Assembly (NCBI GenBank): GCA_965248925.1
Contig: CBDFLE010000006.1
Coordinates: forward strand, 672,001 to 736,000
Direction of reading: 5' to 3'
DNA length: 64,000 bases
Source: Candidatus Multivoradales bacterium
GTDB lineage: Bacteria; Acidobacteriota; Thermoanaerobaculia; Multivoradales; J023
A program made the position numbers and the translations under genes. The notes beneath the pieces are model-generated. The model was not told the origin of the DNA and made no database searches. It saw only the letters and a program-made list of their open reading frames with translations. Shown here one piece after another: positions 58,701-64,000 of this stretch. Each line of letters opens with the position of its first letter. Within the stretch, counting starts at the first letter, position 1.

Positions 58701-60670
58701 AGCAGAGTCAGCAGGGTGTCTCCCGCCGAGCCGGTCAGCATAGAGCCCGCACCGCAGGGCGGGTCGGGGGTCGAGGGCAGGTTGGCGGTCAAGCCAGCCA
58801 GGAAAGTCAGGTCGTCGGTGAAGGTAATACCAGTGGCGTCGGTGGTGGCGTTCGAAGAGTGCGTCAGGGTGAATTCGAGGGTGGCGGTACCCCCTGGGGC
58901 CACCGGATCGTTAGTAAAGCTCTTGCTCAAGCTGGGGGCGGCAATGACCGTGAAGTCGTCGCTAGCAGGATCCCCGGTACGCGTCGCGCCATCCACGGTA
59001 GCAGTGATTTCGCTGGTGACGTTGGGGTAGATGCCAGGAGACGCACCAGCATTGACATCGAGGGTGATGGAGAAGGTACAAGAGTCTCCCGCCATCCCCG
59101 CCGGTGCCAAAATACCGCCCGAGATGGCCACCTGGGCTGGAATAACACTGTCCAGCGGAGGATTGAAGAGCGGAGTGAAGGTGCAAATCGACCCGGCCCC
59201 ACAGCAGCCGTTTCCCGGCGTTGCGGACGCCGTCGCCAGCACGGAGTCGAACATGTCCACAAAAGCGATTTCGGTGGCGCTCGACGTGGTGCTGGTGTTG
59301 CTGACGGTGAACTCGAGCACGATCGTATCGCCGGGGTTCACCGGATCACCCATGAACACCTTGGTCAGCACCGGCGCGGGCTCGACGAATAGGTCGTCCG
59401 AAGCCATGTTGCCAACCACCGGCGAACCGTCGACGGTGGCGGTGATCGCAGTCGTGGTGTTGGTGTAGCTGCCGGGGGTGGCAGCGACTGGAACCGACAG
59501 ACTCACGCTGATCGTGCAAGAGGCCTCCGGCGCCAAAGTGCCGCCGGTAAAGCTGATGCTGGTGCCGCCAGCTCCCGCAACCGAGCCGCCGCAGTCGTTC
59601 GCCAGCAGACTGTCAAAGGTCAGACCGGCAAGAGCAGGCACCAAGGTGGTGAGGTCGTCGGTGAAGGCGAGGCCGGTGGCCGAGAATAGGCGATTGAAAT
59701 TGTCGAGGGTGAAGTCCAGGGTCACCGAACCACCGGGCGGAACCGGGTCGTCGGTGAAAGATTTCTGTAGGGCCAGGGGAGCCACCGTCACCTCGAGGGT
59801 GGCGCTCGCCTTGCCGGCGGAGAAGATGGAGAAGGAGAAACCGCTACGGTAGGTCAGCTCGCCGCTCAGGTTGTCGAGCGAGCCGGCGCCAACACCTACC
59901 ACGTCGAGAGTGATGGTACAGCTGCCGCCGACCGGTACCACTTCGAATCCCGGAACCGCCGAACCTACGGCAAACAATGTGACCACATCAGTGCCAGGGA
60001 CCGCGGTAAGGGTGAAATCGAAGGTGCCACAGGTGGTCGCGGTGTTAGCGGGATCAGCAACCTCAATCCCGGCCGGGAAATTGTCGGTAAAGGCCAAGAA
60101 GGTCAACGCCAACGCACCGAGAGAGTTGTCAAAAGTGAAAGTCAGCGTACTGCGGTCGCCGAGTGGGATCGAACTCGGCGCGAAGCTCTTGGAAAAACCG
60201 GGTCGGGTGATATCGACGGTGAGATCGACCGGCAGACTCATACTGCTGCCGGCGCTCGAACTCAGAGTGACGGCCGCGTTGGTGTGCGCACCCGGGGTGC
60301 TGGCGGTCACATCCACGGTGACGGTGCAAGACAGAAAGGCCCCGAGCCGCGCGTCGCTCAGAGTGATGGTCGAGCCACCGTCCGGTGCGCTGAGGCTGCC
60401 GCTGATTCCAAGATCACAGTCGGTCGAGGCGTTGGCCGGATCGGCGATGCTCAGCGGTCCGGGCAACACCGGCAGAGTGTCGGAAAACGCCAGGCCGGTG
60501 ATCAGCGAGGCGCTGCCGTTGGTGATGGTGAAGGTCGCTGTCGAGACACTGCCGGGACCGATGGTGCTCGGAGTGAACACCTTGGTCAAGGTCGGCTGCG
60601 CCAACGCCGCACCGGTCAACGATAAGAAGAGACAAAATTGCCCGAGGGTTACGCCAATAGTCCGCCGCAT
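55712..60670 (-). CDS. Large surface protein with 12 Ig-like (DUF11-like) repeats and IPTL-CTERM sorting signal
   Basis: Signal peptide; 12 units starting [LF]xKxF with FTDxL, paired Cys and NxT; ends EIPTLGGWGLLLL...RR. Confidence 0.9.
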   Translation of the reverse strand: MRRTIGVTLGQFCLFLSLTGAALAQPTLTKVFTPSTIGPGSVSTATFTITNGSASLITGLAFSDTLPVLPGPLSIADPANASTDCDLGISGSLSAPDGGSTITLSDARLGAFLSCTVTVDVTASTPGAHTNAAVTLSSSAGSSMSLPVDLTVDITRPGFSKSFAPSSIPLGDRSTLTFTFDNSLGALALTFLAFTDNFPAGIEVADPANTATTCGTFDFTLTAVPGTDVVTLFAVGSAVPGFEVVPVGGSCTITLDVVGVGAGSLDNLSGELTYRSGFSFSIFSAGKASATLEVTVAPLALQKSFTDDPVPPGGSVTLDFTLDNFNRLFSATGLAFTDDLTTLVPALAGLTFDSLLANDCGGSVAGAGGTSISFTGGTLAPEASCTISVSLSVPVAATPGSYTNTTTAITATVDGSPVVGNMASDDLFVEPAPVLTKVFMGDPVNPGDTIVLEFTVSNTSTTSSATEIAFVDMFDSVLATASATPGNGCCGAGSICTFTPLFNPPLDSVIPAQVAISGGILAPAGMAGDSCTFSITLDVNAGASPGIYPNVTSEITATVDGATRTGDPASDDFTVIAAPSLSKSFTNDPVAPGGTATLEFTLTHSSNATTDATGITFTDDLTFLAGLTANLPSTPDPPCGAGSMLTGSAGDTLLTLLGGTLVPGGSCTFSVTLDVPIGAAPGSHANTTSGVAATVEGLVATSAPASDDLKVAGLTFTKEFLGDPVIAGEMVTLRFTLGNISPTDDATAIFFTDSLDAVLPGIPDLTTSLPPSADTCGGTPGLLGTGSLSYVGGSLTIGSTCTIEFDVLVPAGAADGDYSNVTSSLTATQGGAVTIDPATDNLTINSNLLLFTKAFTDDPVAPGDSVTLEFTLTNADASQAASSIDFTDDLGATLSGLTFDSVLLDTCGGTVSGTGSDMITVTGAGLSAGGTCTLRVSLTVPGGSAAGIYTNTTSGVTGTLGGFSVVGDAASDALEIIQLLTFSKSFDGPTTATGTAILTFTITNPGADMVTGIAFSDDLDAVISGLIAISLPALPCGLGSSLTGVSFLSFTGGELPPLGGMCSFDVEVLVPASASAGTFPNTTSDLFRDGLEVAEPATADLTIEPPPVFAKGFAPLAVGLGQQSTLTLTIDNSASALSASSLDFTDSLPAGMLVAVVPTASTTCTGGALTAIAGTAVVSYNGGSVAAGITCQVQVDVVTSALGMLVNTTGDLMSSAGNSGTASAALTVDPQPGFSKSFAPDPILVGGVSTLTLTIDNSASTTAATALDFTDNLPAGMVVATPSSAATSCVGGTLTAADGAATITYNGGSVAAMATCTVTVEVSSDTQGVYLNTTGDLTSDAGNAGSASATLTVVGELGFSKQFVLSPVLPGGMVELAYTITNPSPDTAVMGLAFTDDLDAVIPGLVAVGLAGTDPCGVGSTFGGTSLLTLSGGMLPASGSCTFSAILQVPPTAIAGTYPSVTSQLTGTAGGGALSVSGAAADLVIEFFGFSKAFQDASVTAGSISTLIFTLSNPDPANAATDLTFSDDLDAVLAGMQTFGLPQSDVCGVGSLVAGTSVLTLTGGSLAPLGSCVFTVDFTVPGDATDGTVTNQTSPLEASVGGVTVVGGPGDVAVAVVEVRGLVLEIPTLGGWGLLLLALGLGWGALRRISAG

Positions 60671-60831
60671 GATCCCACTCCCCCTGAGTTTGAAAGAGGG
60701 TCCATTAGATCATGGGTCGACCAGACGGTGACTCAACTTGACCGGCCAATGTCTCTGAAGCGGACTTTCTAGCCGCCGCTCCAGCCCTGGTCGGCTTCGG
60801 CACCGACCGGAGTTGAGTCCGGGCACAGCGC

Positions 60832-61704
60832 TCAGCCGCAGTTGTTGCCAGTCGGCGAACCGGAGTACCAGCCACCAACCGTGGCCTGTTCGTAGAAGGC
60901 GTCCCAGTAGGTGTAGCGAGCCCGCCGGCAGCGGGTCACCGAGCTGATCGCCACGTAGGCGTAGTTGCCATTGCTGACGTCGCGGCGCATGCTGTTGGGG
61001 TAGTTGAAGCTGTTCGAGCTGCAGGTGTGCTTGTAACCCAGCTCCATGCGAATGGCACCCCAATTGCTTTTGTTGCAAATCCGCGCCTTGAGGTAATTCG
61101 ACTTGCCGTCGACATTGCAACCAGACTCGCGATAGACCGGCCCCCAATCGTAGGGGCCGCTACCAATACCGGTGCAATGGGACTTGGCTGCCGAGGCGTT
61201 CAGGTGGTCGCCAATATCGATGACACCCGGTACCGCGTCGACCAGCCGCCGGCCGCGGATCAGCTCTTCGCTGCGCGCCGCCCCGATCTTCTGGCTATAG
61301 CGCACCAGATCCGCGGGTACCGGAAAATCGACAGGCACCAACTGCAGATAGGCTTCGAGCATCGACCAACGGTCGAGTTCGTCGTCAGCAAATACCGGAC
61401 CGCCACGATCAGCCGGGCCGGTCTCCCACAGAATCAACTCTCTGAGGGATGGATTGGACAGGAACTCGATCACGTTGCCATTGTCCTGCTGGATCGTTGC
61501 CAAGGCGATCGCCCGATCGTCGTAGAAGTGGTCCTCTTCTTTCTCGGACCTGCCCTTGCCAGTGTCCACTTGCGCCGCGACCGGGAGTGCGACGGCGAAG
61601 ATCAAGGCGGCTGTCGCCAAACGGAGCGGGCCGTTCCAACCCCGCTTTGGATTGTGGATCGGTGGATCGTGGGTCAGGTGGGTGCTGCTTTGGCTCTGCG
61701 ACAT
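60832..61704 (-). CDS. Secreted protein with acidic N-region and Cys-rich basic/aromatic C-terminal domain
   Basis: GGAGA upstream of the ATG; hydrophobic LATAALIFAVALPVAA signal; six Cys in the last ~115 aa. Confidence 0.65.
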   Translation of the reverse strand: MSQSQSSTHLTHDPPIHNPKRGWNGPLRLATAALIFAVALPVAAQVDTGKGRSEKEEDHFYDDRAIALATIQQDNGNVIEFLSNPSLRELILWETGPADRGGPVFADDELDRWSMLEAYLQLVPVDFPVPADLVRYSQKIGAARSEELIRGRRLVDAVPGVIDIGDHLNASAAKSHCTGIGSGPYDWGPVYRESGCNVDGKSNYLKARICNKSNWGAIRMELGYKHTCSSNSFNYPNSMRRDVSNGNYAYVAISSVTRCRRARYTYWDAFYEQATVGGWYSGSPTGNNCG

Positions 61705-61888
61705 TATGCTTTTTCTCCATTGCGGAATTGAGGTGGAAGCGACCCATGTCCCCGACATCGGGGAAGAGCCATGGGGAAGGCCCCTTGGGCTGCTCATGGA
61801 CGCCTCTCGCGTCTTACCGAACGGATAAGCAACGAACGACACTGGGTGATCTCCTCACCCGGCGGTAAAAAATTTCAGGGCAGGGATC

Positions 61889-63673
61889 TCACTCCGGGTT
61901 GGCGGCCAACCAGGCGCGGGTATCGCGAATCTGCGGCAGTTCGGGATCGGCCTCGCTCCAGGTTTCGAGCAGCTGCTGCATGGCCTGGCGAGAGGCGGTT
62001 TCGTCGCCCTCCAGCACCCAGCTGCGAGCGATGCCGAACCAGGCGTGGCCACTGCCTGGACGCAGCTCTAGTACGCCTTCAAAAGCCCGCCTAGCCGCTG
62101 CGGGCCGGCCGGCCCGCAAATGCGCTTCGCCCAGGCTCTCGAGCACTGGTCGTGAGTAATGTGGCGGCTCCCAATAGCCCAACTGGCGCTCCATTTCGAC
62201 CGCCCTCTCGAGTGCTTCTACAGCCTGCTCATGACGTCCCAAGAGACTCAAGATATTGCCGTTGAGTTCGAAGGTGGCGAGGACCAGCAAACGCTTGGCG
62301 GCACCGAAATACCAATCGCCACCGGGTTCGGCCTGGCGGTTGCGGAGGTCCGTGGATCGGGTGGTGAGCTGCTGGAAGGCCAGCCCAGCGGCTTCGCCAT
62401 CGCCCTGGCGAACGGCTTCCATACCGCGGCAATACTCCACCAAGCCACGCAGGTAGGCCACCGCCAGATCACTGGGGGGCGAGCGCTCGGCAAGTGTCCG
62501 TTCAAGACTGTCAGCAGCGGCACCAAAGGCGCCATAGCGCATGTGCAGCCGCGCCGCCGCGGTCTCGGCGGCGTAGAGCAGGAATCCTTGCCCGGCCGCC
62601 TTATGTCGGTGCGGCTGGGCCTTCATGCCGCCTACCTCCTCGGCCCAACGCAATCCTTCCCGGTAGCGCCCGTCCTCAGAGCAGGTGGCAACCAGGTAGT
62701 CGAGGTTGTGAATGTAGTTCCAATGATCGGCCGGCTCCACTCCGGATTCCTCCAGGTAGCGCCGATCGTATTCGTAGGCGTCGAGAAATGAGGCGCGGGC
62801 ACGGCGGTGGTCTCCGAGCAGGAAATAGACATGCCCAGGCATGTGGCGGATGTGCCCCATACCCGGCGCCAGCGCAGCGATTTTCTCCGCGGAGCGCAAG
62901 GCCAGCGATGGATCTCCATACTCATGGGCGTGGATCCAATAGTGATGCACGGCAAAGTTGTCCGAGTGGGCCGCCACCAACGGGGTGAGAATCTCTACCG
63001 ACCGAGTTGCGGCCGAGACCAGGCCATCCTCGGCGCTTCTGCTCGGGTCGATGAAATAGCCGCCGGTGTCGGTGAGCAGAAACTTGACCAAGAAGAGGTG
63101 GCCGTCGACATCCTCGGGATAGGCTTCGAGAAGGGCGTGCATTGCTTCGAGAAAGCCATCCTGGCCATCACCTGCGAGGCGCCCATTGAGCCGAAGCAGA
63201 GCATCCAGGTAGTACCGCTCTTGGATGCTACAGCGGGTCCGCAACTGCTCCATGTGGTCCAAGGCCAGGGTGCGTTCGCCGGGATGTTCATGCTGGTTGT
63301 AGTTCAGCGACATATACAACCCCCACCAAGCCATCGCCGCCTCAGAATCGTGCCGCAGGGCGGCGAGAAAAGCTCGGCGAGCCTCGAAGTCCCAAAACCC
63401 GTGCAGCAAGGCCAAGCCTTGGTCAAAGAACCGCTGGCTAGTTGCCGAGGTGGTGGAGATCTTCATCGATAAGCCACCGAGCCCTTCCAGCCAGGTAGGC
63501 TCACCGAGCGACTCGGCGGCCAGCAGAGCGCTCAGCCTGGAATCTTGACTAGTGCCGGCAGCAGCCGGGGCGCCCCCTCCATCTGCCGACGGAATGCAGC
63601 CGAGAACCAGCAAGGCGACACACAACCCGCAGCAGAGGGTGGCGAGGAGATGGGAGGAGAGCGGCGATCTCAT
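61889..63673 (-). CDS. TPR-like exported protein/lipoprotein with conserved His motifs
   Basis: LLVLGC lipobox-like; FFDQGL.LLHGF, AMAWWG, HHYWIH, HIRHMPGH. Confidence 0.8.
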   Translation of the reverse strand: MRSPLSSHLLATLCCGLCVALLVLGCIPSADGGGAPAAAGTSQDSRLSALLAAESLGEPTWLEGLGGLSMKISTTSATSQRFFDQGLALLHGFWDFEARRAFLAALRHDSEAAMAWWGLYMSLNYNQHEHPGERTLALDHMEQLRTRCSIQERYYLDALLRLNGRLAGDGQDGFLEAMHALLEAYPEDVDGHLFLVKFLLTDTGGYFIDPSRSAEDGLVSAATRSVEILTPLVAAHSDNFAVHHYWIHAHEYGDPSLALRSAEKIAALAPGMGHIRHMPGHVYFLLGDHRRARASFLDAYEYDRRYLEESGVEPADHWNYIHNLDYLVATCSEDGRYREGLRWAEEVGGMKAQPHRHKAAGQGFLLYAAETAAARLHMRYGAFGAAADSLERTLAERSPPSDLAVAYLRGLVEYCRGMEAVRQGDGEAAGLAFQQLTTRSTDLRNRQAEPGGDWYFGAAKRLLVLATFELNGNILSLLGRHEQAVEALERAVEMERQLGYWEPPHYSRPVLESLGEAHLRAGRPAAARRAFEGVLELRPGSGHAWFGIARSWVLEGDETASRQAMQQLLETWSEADPELPQIRDTRAWLAANPE

Positions 63674-63961
63674 TCAGGATAGTCCTTGTCCGTGGCTCAA
63701 CATTGGTGAGAAGTCGATCAGACTCTCTCAGCAGTGTAGGAAGGGCCGTCGAGAGGTGTCAACCACCGCCGTCATATCTGCCGTAATCGGTGCCTGGCAG
63801 AAGTATTCTCCAGCTCCATCCATCAGCATCCTTCGGCTAGAATAGGTGGATCGGCTTGATCACCGATCACCGCGCTGCTCCCTTGCCGCCCCGATCGCAG
63901 CCCTGTTCCACGGTGCTCGCCCATAGCCGAGTGACGACCCCCAACTGGAGACTAGCCACCG

Positions 63962-64000
63962 ATGACCGCTACCACCACTCTGCCGGTTGCCGAGAACCGC
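63962..64000 (+). CDS. Probable start of a gene running off the window
   Basis: GGAG upstream of an ATG, open to the window end (MTATTTLPVAENR). Confidence 0.3.
   Translation, partial: MTATTTLPVAENR

Noticed and set aside
1-64000. tRNA, rRNA, prophage or integrase genes
   Set aside because: None recognised by eye; a covariance-model scan was not possible

Overview
GC-rich bacterial genomic window. An Acidobacteriota-like origin is inferred from three ECF sigma + Ser/Thr kinase pairs, a GWxTD-VWA protein, C-terminal IFxDGFESGD tails and an IPTL-CTERM protein. It mixes housekeeping genes (cysK, pepQ, deoxynucleoside kinase, amidase, NCS2 permease, TetR, PAS-GGDEF-EAL) with a type I restriction-modification locus, several large secreted proteins and several gene relics. 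Strongest candidates for new biology: (1) a translationally coupled four-gene lasso-peptide-like operon (cyclase, precursor, 1392-aa secreted gingipain/C25 protease, HPr-kinase-like protein) with no B1/B2 leader-processing genes in the window; (2) an ECF/kinase module whose flanking Cys-rich secreted peptide and thioredoxin-fold genes share one promoter-like motif; (3) a secreted protein with vitellogenin/MTP-like lipid-transfer motifs, preceded by an RBS-occluding hairpin; (4) an unexplained 5-copy, 23-bp-period array next to an AT-rich hairpin at the edge of the R-M locus. All family calls come from motif recognition by eye; no database search was run, and start codons are best estimates.
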